A stretch of DNA of 64,000 bases from the human T2T-CHM13v2.0 reference genome, Homo sapiens, in assembly GCF_009914755.1 (NCBI RefSeq), contig NC_060926.1, one strand, 5' to 3'. The notes beneath the pieces are model-generated. The model worked only from the letters and a program-made list of their open reading frames with translations, searched no databases and was not told the origin of the DNA. Each line of letters begins with the position of its first letter. Position 1 is the first letter of the stretch. The translations under genes and the position numbers were made by a program. Positions 1 to 14,040 of this stretch are shown here, in pieces.

Positions 1-1755
1 AAACAGAGATCTTAGTCCCAGCCTGACTCTTAATTTAGTCATCCTAGTCTAATTACTTAGTATTAAAATAGTTATTAAAATGAGATAAATTAGTTTATTT
101 GAAATACACTTGGAGGAAGAAAAGACTTATATAAAGTTAATGTTGTGGGATTTTTTTTTTCTTTTTCACAAAGGCCTAATAGAATTGTTGGGAAGCATAA
201 TTGTTACTGTTATTTTTAGATTTTTTTGTACTTTAATAAGAAAATACTTTCAAATCCAACTCTGGTGATAAAGGAAACTCTGCACACTTTCTGAGATGTT
301 GGGCATTGGGCTACCATACTCCTATTTTTCATTTTATAGGACAGATTTTACCATGTGGCTGTTATTTTCCTGCTTTTAAACTTGCTATTTTTCCTTTTTT
401 GTAGAAAGAGATTTACTCTACCCTGGTAGTGTTTGCTTTAATGTTTGCTTGTTACAGCAGCTTCCTCCAATTGCAGGCTGTCTGCTGTCTGCTAAGGGAT
501 GTAGTAACATATTTTCAGCCCTTAAGGTTAGATTAATTTAAGTACAGTAGTGTAGGCAGAGAGCAAAGCGTTACTTTAGTTATCTTCAGAGAGAAATGAT
601 TGAGCCAGTACCACTCTATCTGGTTAATTAAAAAGCAGCATTTGGTTATTTTGCCAGAGAGAGTGTGTGTGTATGTTTGTATTTCTGTATTACATCTTTC
701 CTCATACCTAAGGATTTTAAGACATTCTACAATTAAAAATGGTACAGAAAAATTGAATCCACCAAGTGAATAGTTGAAACCAGGAAGGGAAGAAAGTTAA
801 AGGTAAAATGTAAATACCATGTTTTCAATCTTTAAAAATAATTTATGCTTGAGGTTATGTCTGATTAACCCAGGGCATGAAAGTCTCCTAGCGGCTGTAT
901 ATCCATCTCTTTTCACAAATCTTTTGCTAAGTTCATTTAGGAATCCATGTATTCCAGGTTGTATTTCAGTAACAGTTCAGCATTCTGTATTACCAATTTA
1001 CTGTATACCTGTTTCATGCCAACAGTGGACTAACGCAGTAGGAATTTTAACAACTACTTACCTTATTATATAAAACTATTACTCTGCATTTATATATTAA
1101 GCAGTACACAATGGCCTGTTAAATAGAGGACGTAGGTTAATGGAATCTTTTATAAGATTGCTGCGCCGAGGGGGCAGATGGAGAATTTTAAAGCATTCTT
1201 TCAAATTTTTTTCTGTAATACAAAAGTTTATCAGTTTAAACATGGTTCTGGTAACATGTAAATGAGAATCTACAAGCCAGTATGTGTTTAATTCATGGAA
1301 GTAGCCCTAAAATTTGAGGGGAGGCAAGGGGCAAAAGTGATAAGTTTATCTTACCTTTATACTGTTGGACTTGAAGTAGTCTGGAATACTACAGAAATTA
1401 AAATCTCTTAGGGGTACTTGTAAAGTCATTGAGAAAAATATAGATCTTAAACTGTCATTTGCCAATGACAAAATTACTTAAATCATTTGAAAATAAATGA
1501 TAGGTTAGCCTATTTTACTTACCTTTAAAATACTTGTTACAATTTTTATTCTCAATGAGAGAGTTTTTCATTTTCAATCAGAGGGTTGCTGATGAATATA
1601 ATTGTTATTGTTTTGTTGTTGTTACTGTTTGCTTTTTTCCACCCAGAGACAGTGTGAGTAGAAATAACAAAAAAGAAAGCTTGTGATTATGTATGACTGA
1701 AGTAACCAACCAGGATGAGTTATGATAGCTTTGGGAAATGTGCCTTCTTTTCCAG

Positions 1756-1925
1756 CCTCCTTTTAGAGGACTCAGAAGAAGAAGAAGGTGACTTATGTAG
1801 AATTTGTCAAATGGCAGCTGCATCATCATCTAATTTGCTGATAGAGCCATGCAAGTGCACAGGAAGTTTGCAGTATGTCCACCAAGACTGTATGAAAAAG
1901 TGGTTACAGGCCAAAATTAACTCTG
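1756..1925 (+). CDS. MARCHF7: MARCHF7 coding exon, N-terminal part of RING-CH domain
   Basis: ttttccag|C acceptor and G|gtaag donor; encodes [18 protein letters not shown]...[27 protein letters not shown] (C4HC3 RING-CH pattern). Confidence 0.97.
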
Positions 1926-2319
1926 GTAAGATTTACCCTTTTGTGTTTTCACAATTTTTCTAAGAGATGCATGTATGTATGCGTTTGGTTAACAAATTTA
2001 TAGATTGTTGAATTTAGACTTTTAACAAGTGTCTTAATCATTTTTGAAGTCTCAGCAGAAGCATTAAAGAGCATTAGTGTTTCTTTGTAAATTTTTAGTA
2101 ATGTGTCTTATGTTTCATTTCCTACCAAACTGTTTACTACTTCATACATGTATAATACAGCTGTAATTTGTGATCACTAGTGTGTCCCTTAAATCATGGA
2201 AGATCCTTTTGAATCAAGGAAATAGACTCACCATTTACCAGCTGTGTGTCCTTGAGAAAGATTTATTTCTAATGTTGCTGTTGTGTCACTTGGCAAATTA
2301 CGATTATAGGCTACTGTGG

Positions 2320-5200
2320 GGATTTATTTGTTCATTGAGTGCCTGTAATGGAGCCCAGGCACAGTAGTTCTAGATGTTGGTTATAGGATGGTAAAAAGAC
2401 AAGGCACCTGCTTCTTGTAGTGATATTGGGTGTTAAGGAAGTGCCTTTTTGAGGTGAGAACATGTAAATTGAGAGCTGAGCTATTCCATAATTAGGGGAA
2501 GAGCACTCTAGCATAGGGAACAGCAAGTTCAAAGACTTTAGGGTGGGAATCAACTTAGGTCTATTTGAGGAGCTGAATTATGCATAGTGTGGCTGGTGTA
2601 TAATTAGTCTTAGTCGGGGAGGGGAGATAAAGTTGTGATGAGAGGCCGGGCGCGGTGGCTCATGCCTGTAATCCCAGCACTTTGGGAGGCCGAGACGGGC
2701 GGATCACGAGGTCAGGAGATCGAGACCATCCTGGCTAACACGGTGAAACCCCATCTCTACTAAAAATAAAAAAAAATTAGCCAACCTGGTGGCGGGCGCC
2801 TGTAGTCCCAGCTAGAATGGCATGAACCCAGGAGGCGGAGCTTGCAGTGAGCCGAGATTGCGCCACTGCACTCCAGCCTGGGCAACAGAGCGAGACTCCA
2901 TGTCAAAAAAAAAAAAAGTTGAGATGAGAAAGATTAGCAGAAGTTAGTTCGTGCAAGACTTTTAAAGGCCCAAATCTTGGATTTAAATATGATGGGAAGC
3001 TGCTAAAGAAAAAGGGAATGAAATGATCTTATTAATATTTGGCTGCTTTGTGGAGAATGGATTTTTAGGGGGACAAGAGTAGTACAGGGAGACGAACCAG
3101 GAGTCTATTATCAGAGCACTTGCTAGAGTTGGTGATGATTAACATGTAGCAGTGTGATCGTGATGATAGAATGGATAGATAGATTCTGGTATATTTTGTA
3201 GGTAGGTTCTGTAAGACATCCAATTCAGTAAATTGGATGTGATGGAATGAAGGAGAAACAACAATTAGGGAAGCTCGTATTTTTGCCTTGAGCAGTTAAG
3301 TGAATGGCAGTTCCTTTTACTGAAATAGGAAGCTGAAAAGGGAACCAAGTGTTCTGTTTTGGACATTATATTTGAGCTACTTATTAGATAACCATTTGGA
3401 AATGTCATGTAGGCCGTTAGCTAGACAAGCCTGGCATTTCAGGAGATACACTGAAAGTTAGTTTCAGTTATGAACACGAGAGTAATAATGTTTGAGGTTT
3501 TGGTATTAAATAAGGTCAGCTAGAGGAAGAGCAGATATCAAAGAAATAGGCCCAGGACAGAGCCCTGGGATACCCAGATGTTTAGTGAGAACAGAGGAGA
3601 TTTGAAAAAGCAGCCTTTAGGAAGGAAGAAAACCAAGAAAATGTGTTGTGCAAGCCAAAAGAAGAATGCTTTAAGGTATATGTGATCAACCCTGCACTTC
3701 TGAGAGGTCAGGTAAAATGAGAAGAAAGAATAATTGGATTTGATAGCATAGATGTTCTTGGTGGTTTCAGTCTCTGGAATGGTGGGTTCCTAAGCCTGAT
3801 TAGATTAGACTGAGTAGAGAAAAGGAGGTAAGAAAGGATAGACAGCAACATAGGTTCGATACTTTGAACAAATTTACTACCAAGGAGACTGGAGATAGGG
3901 AACAGGAATTAGAGTTACATGGGATCACAAGAAGTGTTTTTGTTTTATTTTGAGGTAGGGGATTTTAAGGCATGTTTTTATTTTGAGACTTCTAACAGAA
4001 AAAAAAGTACGAAAAGAGGAGAAAGAAGATGGGGTCCAGAGCACAAGTTGAGTGGTTGTCCTATAATACGAGAAAGGATATTTCCTCTTCAGAAGGCTAG
4101 TGTTGATATGGGTGTTGATCAGTTTGTTGCTTTGATGGGAAGATTTATGACTCCCTGTGTTAATTGCATCTGTTTTCTTAGAGGTAAGGTCTTTAGCTGA
4201 TAAGGAGACAGGTTAGGAGGTTTTGAGGTGTGAGGAAAATAACATTTTAAGGATGTGGATGTGTAGTAGGATTTCCAGATTGTATTAGTGTCTATAAAAG
4301 TGATTTTAAAGTGAGGTACGTGTACAATTTTTTTAAAGCAGTTTTCAGATGCTTGGGATATAGCTATGGACTAGAGTTCAATGCTGGTGGGTCTTTTGCC
4401 AGGCAAATATGATGAAGGGAGTTAAGGGTATCTATAAGGACATAATTGTGGCAACCATAGAAATTAAAACCAGGAGGAAAGTAAGGACCTCAGGAAGTGT
4501 ATAGTGAGAAAGAGGTAGAGTATCTTTGGATTTTATTGACATTGACGTAAGTAGGCTAAAATAAGAATTGGTACACAGGAGGGGACGCTTAAAATGGCTA
4601 TTTAGGGGTAGTGCAGCAAATTGTGATGAGGTCAAGGGTATGAACTGAGTTGGTGACTGAGGTGGGGAAGGGTAATATTGGAAGCAAAGATATTGAGAAA
4701 GTTATAATCCAGTGGGTCTGGTCTTGGATGTTGAAACAACCAAGGATTTAGTTGGCAAAGAAGGGTAGAGAGCCAGGTGCTGAAGTCATTAATGAATGAA
4801 GGGGGAATTAAGATTTGAAAACAGTAATGGGTGTGTTGGGTGGGCAACTACTCTCACTTCTTGGTCCTGAGTTACAAGGGACTGTGGGGATAAAATGGCT
4901 ATAGAAGCATATATATAGGTATCGTTAGTCAGGAGGCACTGTGGTTCAGGCATGAAAGTAAAGAGATAGTTCAAAAAAGAAAGGTTGGTGGTTAGAGGAA
5001 TTTACTGATATTAGACCACGAGTACCAGGGGACATAGAAACAACTAGTAAGGTAGAAAATTAGATCAGATTTTAAATGTACATAATTGTGAAATTGAAGA
5101 TCTGATCATTATAGCATAGTAACATAGACAACTATGTTGTGAGGTATGATGGCACTGATTTTGATTTTCATAATCTGTTGGAGGAGTTGGGTTCAAGTTG
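2320..5200 (-). mobile_element. Long degraded L2 LINE, interrupted by AluY
   Basis: Begins with an antisense L2 3'-end-like motif (ttcattgagtgcc...caggcacag) followed by purine-rich L2-like sequence; boundaries approximate. Confidence 0.6.
2644..2917 (+). mobile_element. AluY with about 20-nt internal deletion
   Basis: Diagnostic gatcgagaccatcctggctaacacgg; TSD aaagttg(t/a)gatgaga; right arm reads cccagcta-gaatggc. Confidence 0.92.
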
Positions 5201-5730
5201 GAGATTATGAGGATACTGGGAAAATTCCTGAGGCTCCCAGTAATGTGGTAGTCAAGTGGTGAGCAGTAGACCCCTAGGGGGCACAAGAGGAGAAAGCAGT
5301 ATCTTTTCTTCTAAGCTAGTCTGAGCTCAAGGGCTCTGAACAAGCTGTCTCACCTGGAACTGCCTTTTCTCTGAGCTATATGGTGTTACAGTGACTCACA
5401 GGTTTTGTTAGTCACTGCCCTGAGGTGTTAGAAGGACTAAATGAGAGATTACATGTAAAGTGCTTAGTATTTTGACACTTAAGGGCCCAGAAATGTTAGC
5501 TATTACCAAAATGAACAACAACAACTTGACTCAACTTCTGATACACACAATTGAATTATTAGTGCTGGATATGGAGGAAAACAGATAATACAGGTTATTG
5601 TTTAAGAACATTGGCTTTTTGAAGTTAGACAAGCCCAGTTTGGAATATTTACTGGAACACTTAGCTAGCTATAGGGTCTTGAGCATGTTTCTTAACATTG
5701 GTTCTAAACCCTGGCTGCTGATGAGAATCA

Positions 5731-6094
<364 letters not shown>

Positions 6095-6229
6095 TTAAGT
6101 AGGACTAGGGTTGGGCCTCAGTTCCATCTTCAGTAAAATTGAATAATACCTCATAAAGTTAATGAATGTCAAAAGAGTTATTGTTCATAGTTTCCCACTG
6201 TACCAGGCACATGGTAAGTATGCGATTAA

Positions 6230-6546
<317 letters not shown>

Positions 6547-7689
6547 CTGGAGTTAGTTTTATAAGGTTATAATAAGTGCTTTTCAAGATATGGCCAATTG
6601 AATGTATAGGTCTCAGCAACTGAACTTTCCTGATAGGCATCTGAGAAGTATTTCTCAGAGCTGCACAAAGATCCCATCTGGTAGAAGGTTCATTCTGGTA
6701 GAGATTTATTTAAGCATTTATTAAGAAGCTACTATGTTTGGATTGCTAAAGTCTACAGGATATACAAAGATGAATAAAATAAGTCTAGTACAAGTTTAGG
6801 CAGATGCAATTCAGGGTGTAATGGAGAGAGCCCTGATTAAGAAATATAGGAGTAGGCTGGCTGTGGTGGCTCACGCCTGTAATCCAACAGGACAAGGTGA
6901 GAGGATCCTTTGAGCCCATGAGCTAGAGGCTGCAGCGAGCCGTGATCATGCCACTGCACTCCAGGCTAGGCAGCAGAGTGAGATCTTGTCTCCAGAAAAA
7001 ACATGTAGAAATAAATGGGTTGCTCCCGGCTGAGTGTAGCCTTTTTGAATGACCTTAATAAGTCTCTTACTCCATAGAGGAAGAAAATGAAGCCCTAAGA
7101 TATAAGAGAATCTGTAGTAAATTATCTCCAAGGTCCATATTACATTTTCATGTATGCTAGACTCCAAAAAGACGCTTGGTTTCATTCATATACTCAAAAT
7201 ATAGTGAAAACTCAGTGTAATTTGACTACAGCCCATTTTGAGACAGCATACTTCTTCAGATTAGCACTCACTTTCAGCTGTTTTCTAGAAAATGTACATA
7301 AGTTACTGCTGTCTTGGACCTTATGCCAAATTTTACTCTTAAAAAATTCTGACACTGGTTATTAGAGTTTTATGAGCTCCTTGAAGGCAGGGCCTACTAC
7401 TTAATCTTTTTTGAATCTCCAAAACCTCTAATTAATTGCTTGCACCTAACAATCACTCAACAAATGTTAGTTGAATTGAATTTAAACCTATCTACCCTAA
7501 TTTTAAGGCCATTTTCCCATTTGAAACCCTCTCTAAATATAAACAAACAAAGGAAAAGGCAGAAAGAACCTACAAGTTTAATTACACAAGACTACTACCT
7601 ACCAAATTGGAACCAAAAAGCTTAGGAATAATCAAATGTTGAATGAATATGGAAGTTTTCTTTTTCTTTTTAAAAAAAGGTTTGGTAAA

Positions 7690-8040
7690 AACAAGTAGAT
7701 AAATAACATAAAATATGCCATTTTGACCATTTTTAAGTATACAGTTGGATCCATTCACAGTGTTGTGCAACCATCACTCCTATTTCCAAAATTGTTTATC
7801 ATTCCAGACAGAAACGCTAACCATTAAGCAGTAACTCCTTACTTCCTATTCCCTTCTCTGCCAAATCCCTAGTAACTTCTGGTCTACTTTCTGTCTCTCT
7901 GAATTTGCATATTCCAGATATTTTATGTAAGTAGAATCATAAAATATTTGTCCTTTTGTATCTGTCTTATTTCATTTAGCATAATGTTTTTAAAGTTCAT
8001 GTTGCAGCATATATAAAGACTAATTCCTTTTATGACTGAA
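7690..8040 (-). mobile_element. L1M 3'-end fragment
   Basis: ccatttttaagtatacagtt...gttgtgcaaccatcac...ttcatttagcataatg, typical of L1MA/MB antisense. Confidence 0.75.
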
Positions 8041-8575
8041 GGGAGCTGTTTTTATTTGGACAAGGGTGGGGTCCCTTTTTTCCCATTCTAGCAAGTAAGG
8101 CAGACATATTCCTTAAACTCCAAAAGGTCTTAGGTATGTGAGGTATGTGTTGTCACATCAAAGATACTGGCTTGGGTGTGTAACTAGGTGTTTGAGATGT
8201 TACATCACTAAACATTGTTTTCATGGCATCACGTCAAAGTACTTAAGGAGGAAGTAGGAAGTACAGATGACATTCCATTGCCTCTGTCTGCTTCCCATGA
8301 TCAAGGATGTATGAGTATCTGGGAGGAAGAAAACAACCAAGGTATCTAAATAATGGTGGTGGCTTATTATCATAGGGCAGGACCTGATGTGCACATTGGA
8401 TATTATAGACTGCTGTATTAGGGGACATTACTGGTTTACTGCAGAAATGTAATATTTCCTTTTCTTCTTCTTTCCTTTAAGGTTTTATTTATTTTAAGCT
8501 TAAAACTTAACGAGGAAAAGTGTTTTATGAAGACATTATAAAACTAAGCTTTATTTGTAATTTAATTTTTACCAG

Positions 8576-8685
8576 GTTCTTCATTAGAAGCTGTAACCAC
8601 CTGTGAACTATGTAAAGAGAAGTTGGAGCTTAACCTGGAGGATTTTGATATTCATGAACTACATAGAGCTCATGCAAATGAACAA
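8576..8685 (+). CDS. MARCHF7: MARCHF7 coding exon, end of RING-CH
   Basis: tttttaccag|GT ... CAA|gttagt; (G)[36 protein letters not shown], in frame with the previous exon. Confidence 0.96.
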
Positions 8686-10322
8686 GTTAGTATATTTTGC
8701 CTAATTTGGTAAGTGTCTATTCTATGCTTCAAGGACAGCTCTTGAAGAAAAGATTAAATCATGGTCAGAAACCTTGCATTAAAATAATAATAATAACAGT
8801 GATAATGTTCTTAACATAATTCTGTTACTGCATTAGGTGTTAGAATTTCATAATTTTTTTTTTTTTATTTTTCCCTTAAGCTTAGGAAAGTTGTTCCAAA
8901 ATAGGGATGCCAACCTTATTTCCCCATAGCTGTAAGTTTTTTGAGATGCATAAATGATACAGTTTAGAATGAAGAGCTCAATAATTTCCTCCTTTTTCTT
9001 TACTGAAGGAAAATTCGGGAGGTGGGGCAGATGTGTATTTAAGGAGATTACAAGGGTGACTTTAGAGCCAGATTGTTGAAGTGTGGTTAGCATATTTGTT
9101 TAAAAAAAACAAACAAAGATATGCTGTAAAAGGAATGCATGAAGTGCTTGAAAAACACTTTTTGGCCAGGTACTACAATGGCTCACACTTATACCTAGCA
9201 CTTTGGGAGGCTAAGACGGGATGACTGTTTGAGGCCAGGAGTTTGAGACCAGCCTCAGCAACATAGCAAGACCCGGTCTCTACAAAACAGAAAACAAAAA
9301 CACTTTTTAAATGTAGGGGTAATGGGCCTCCCCTCTTTTATTATATTGAATGAGATTTACAAAACATAAAAACCATTTTGTGCAGCCGCCATCTCTGTTT
9401 AGTTCCAAAACATTTTCATCACTCCAAAAGAAAACCCTCTACCCATTAAACAGTTGCTCCCCATTCTGTGCTCTCAGCCCCTGGCAACTACCAGTCTGTG
9501 TTGTTTTATGGATTTACTTATCCTGGATATTTCATACAAATAGAATCATACATTAATATATGATATTTTCTGAACCACTTTTTTTTAAATGTGGGAATAA
9601 TAGATACCCTTTGAAAATCTGATTAAAACTATGTACCCTTCTTATAAAATATATAGACACAAATTCTGTCTCTAAGGGATTCCCAGATCCTTTGAAGCTA
9701 ATTGCTTGGATCCAGATAAAGAATCACTGATCTAAAGAATGAAAACATTAAGCAGTTAATGTAGCACAGGTGCTACTCTAATGCCAGTTATGTTGTTTTA
9801 TTCTCTGATGCACTAGTTGTCCAAAAAGAAAATCACTTTCAGCAATGAAATGTTTTAAATCCCCAGGGAGTTCTCTGTAGCTGGCTGAGCATTGGTATTT
9901 AAAAACCAGGGGAAACATGGAAAAGTGGAATCATGGAGAGATAAATATAAATACATAACTTGTCTTCTCAAAATGAGAGTAGCTTTCAAAAGGTTTGTTT
10001 CTCCTGCCATCTTCCTTCCTGAGATGCTTCATCCTGTCTCTCAAAGGCAGTTTTTTCCTTTTTTTTTTTTGTTTTTGTTTTTGTTTTTTGTTTTTGACTC
10101 GCTCTGTCATGCCTTTTCCTTTTTGATCTCAGGAATGTTTTTATTTTCTAAGCATTTTAATGACCCATATTCTTTAGAAGTTTTAGGAAATATTAGGTGG
10201 AGTCATTGTAAAAACAGTGACAGCCTTGATTAAACTTTCTGGTTTTAACTTGTTTGTTCTGTATGAATAATAGATTCTAGTGGCCTGATAGCTACACTGA
10301 TTTTAAGTGATTAGTTTAATAA

Positions 10323-11083
<761 letters not shown>

Positions 11084-11269
11084 TGAATACTCAGTAGACT
11101 CTGATAATCAGTTACTTGCTGAAGTTGGTACTAAGAACATAGAGTTCTTAACGTCTGATGAACCAGTTGCCCAATTCAGTTTGTAAATAGTTCACTGTAA
11201 AAATTACAGGACAGATTAGATTATTAATAATACTATATTTATGATTTGTATTCATGGCTTGAAAACAAC

Positions 11270-11707
11270 TGTGGGGGGAAAAGAGAAACTTTTAATCTGA
11301 GGAATATGAGCCCCTTTAAATTGTCAGGTTCAGAGAGGTATTTAAAATGTAACAGCATTCTCATCTCACTCTCCCTTGAGCTAAATACGCCACTTGCTTT
11401 GGGGCCTCTAGACTAACTAGTGCCAAGTAGCTATAAAATGTCATATACCCTATAGTTCAATAGTGTATAGCCAATCACTAACCAATGTTATTTCTGTAAA
11501 CCAATGTTGAGAATTCAGAATGAACAACTTTTGTTATCTCTCCCTTCCTGATTTGTCCTTTTTTCTTTAAAAATTTGAGCCTTTCTTTTGTTCTCTGGAG
11601 CACTCTCCCCAAGGCAGCTTGGAAGTGGGAGCCTGGCAGCAGTCCTGAACCTTGACTAAAATAAACTCTGTTAAATTTCGTCTCAGTTTCTTCCTTTTAG
11701 GTTAACA
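11270..11707 (+). mobile_element. Solo LTR, ERV1 class (LTR24-like, tentative)
   Basis: TG...CA termini with exact 4-bp TSD CAAC; three CCAAT boxes (11471, 11482, 11501); AATAAA at 11660-11665. Confidence 0.8.
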
Positions 11708-12241
11708 CAACAGAACAGTTTTGAATTGAAGAACTGTTTTTACCAACTACAAATTTCTGTGTGAATGATTAATCTCTTACCTTTATTAATTCATTCTTTT
11801 ATTTATGCCTTTATGTTCATCATATTACACAGAAAAACACTTGAGCTATCAGAATAGATTTTAGTTACAGCAGTATATTGGCATAGCTATAGATGAAATG
11901 TAATTTTTAACTAAATATATATAGCTATAGCCATTTGTATAATGAAATCTATGAGCTTTATAGAAAACCAAAGCATTCATTCCACCATCAAATTATTTAA
12001 AAGTTCCATTTTTATATAAAGTCATTACACTAAAGAAGACTATGTGAGAATAAAAAGTAAAATTTTATGAAATTATAAAGATAGTCTTTTTTTCTCAATA
12101 AATGGCATTGTGTCCCTTATTAGGAACTGGATATGAATACATTTCCTCTAGTTTATCAGTGTACTGTGAGTATCAATCTCAATTCTACTAATTTTTCATT
12201 CTCTGTATTTTTCTTTTCTCCTGTTTGCTTCCCTGTTGAAG

Positions 12242-12355
12242 GCTGAGTATGAGTTTATCAGCTCTGGTCTCTACCTAGTGGTGTTATTGCACTTGTGCGA
12301 ACAAAGCTTTTCTGATATGATGGGAAATACAAATGAACCAAGCACACGTGTCCGA
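12242..12355 (+). CDS. MARCHF7: MARCHF7 coding exon
   Basis: Long pyrimidine tract, then tgaag|GCT ... CGA|gtaagt; [38 protein letters not shown], 114 nt, phase 0-0. Confidence 0.95.
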
Positions 12356-13571
12356 GTAAGTAATAATGAAGTTGGGGAGAGGGAGGGTATGATGCAGCAA
12401 GTGTATGCCTTGGAAAGCAGATTGTTTCATATGTTGACATCTTATTTCCTTTGGGAAGCTTTTATTTTTTAAATGTTTCTTAAAAATAAAGATACCGTAG
12501 ATTTAATGGAAATTGCTGTCTTCTATAACAAGCAGCCTGATTTTCTCATAAAGTTATTTTAGAGAAAGAAGTAATTTTCTAGCTCTCAAAGGTAATTGGA
12601 ATGTATTTCATTGAAAAACAGAATTGGAAACATCGAGGGAAAATGGGCTTTTTATTATTAAAACAAAACCTCAGTATTATCACTTAGAAACCTGAAATTG
12701 AACTCCAAAAGCCAAAGAGTATGGGAAATTAACTTCAATTTATTTGTTACTGTTCTACAAAAGATTACCAGTGTACTAATTTTTAAGTGTCCATATTACA
12801 AAGTATTTTAGATATGGAATAGTTGGTTGTTTACTGTGTGTGCTATTAGCCATAATACAACATTTTGGCCAGCTGTATGTTAGGTATTTATAAGTAAATG
12901 ATGCTCTTTGTGTCAGTGTACCAGAGGAAACTTTATGCTTTGCTGTCTGGGCCATTTTGTGTAGCAAGGGCTAGGGTCTCTATGTATCTGCCATTATTGT
13001 AGCATTCTGAACACTTCATGTCTTGAAATGTGTTCATAAGTATATCCTTCAAACTTTCTTACATGTTAACTTCGGTGATAAAAGTGTAGTAGAGTTCATG
13101 TAATGTTTTTATTTTGAAAATTATCAAATAACTGCAATTCAATGTATGTAATACTCCTTCTAAATTAGTAAAAAATTTTTCTTTATTTTATCATGTGGAC
13201 ATTATTCCAGTGAGCTGGTTAACAGATAATTACCATTGAAGAGCATTCATATTATCTATCAAGAGCATTCAGAATTTGAGCAAAGATCTCTTGACTTCTA
13301 AGTACTTTACAAATTGTGAGCCCCTAAAACCTTAATACCGTAAAATGATTTCTAAAAAGGTACCTTAAGTCTTCAGGATGAATAAACCATATAAAACATT
13401 TAAGAACTTCTGAATTCATGTGTTTTTAAAAGTTCATATTAACAAGTTTTACAGTGGAAAATTACAGAATTTTGGATGATACTCCAAAGTGGAAGTCATT
13501 AGGATTTTTTTTAATGTATAGAACTGTATACTTTTATCAAATTTAGGTAGGAAAATATTGGTTCTTGGGAG

Positions 13572-13574
<3 letters not shown>

Positions 13575-13628
<54 letters not shown>

Positions 13629-13629
13629 C
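13575..13629 (+). repeat. (TG)24(CG)3 microsatellite
   Basis: Read directly. Confidence 0.98.
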
Positions 13630-13991
13630 CCACTGAAACTGAATTTATTTGGGTCCAAATACAAGGGTGGTTTTTTGTTTTTTGTTTTTTTTCCTCCATT
13701 TCGTAATTTTTTGAAGTGTTTATAAGAAGACAATATCATTGGATAAAATTATTGTATCTGCTCCCAATTTTAAAAAACTGGTTTCTACATGATTATAAAG
13801 ATTATATAAAACATTTAAAAATTAATGCCATTAAGCTTGTGATTTTTGATGTTAGGGGGAGAAAAACCCCTATTTAAAGGCTTAAACTGATGTTTGACTT
13901 TTTAAGTAGAAATGAATCTCCTATACTGATTCTCTCTTTAGATCCATTTGCAACATTTAAACTACTGTATTTCTTTCTGCATTGTTTCTAG

Positions 13992-14040
13992 TTTATTAAC
14001 CTTGCAAGAACTCTTCAGGCACATATGGAAGATCTCGAAA
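13992..14040 (+). CDS. MARCHF7: MARCHF7 penultimate coding exon (49 nt)
   Basis: tttctag|TTT ... GAA A|gtaggt; FINLARTLQAHMEDLE. Confidence 0.94.

Noticed and set aside
1160-1180. cgccgagggggcag CTCF-like motif
   Set aside because: Only the 3' half matches the consensus; too weak without a PWM or ChIP data.
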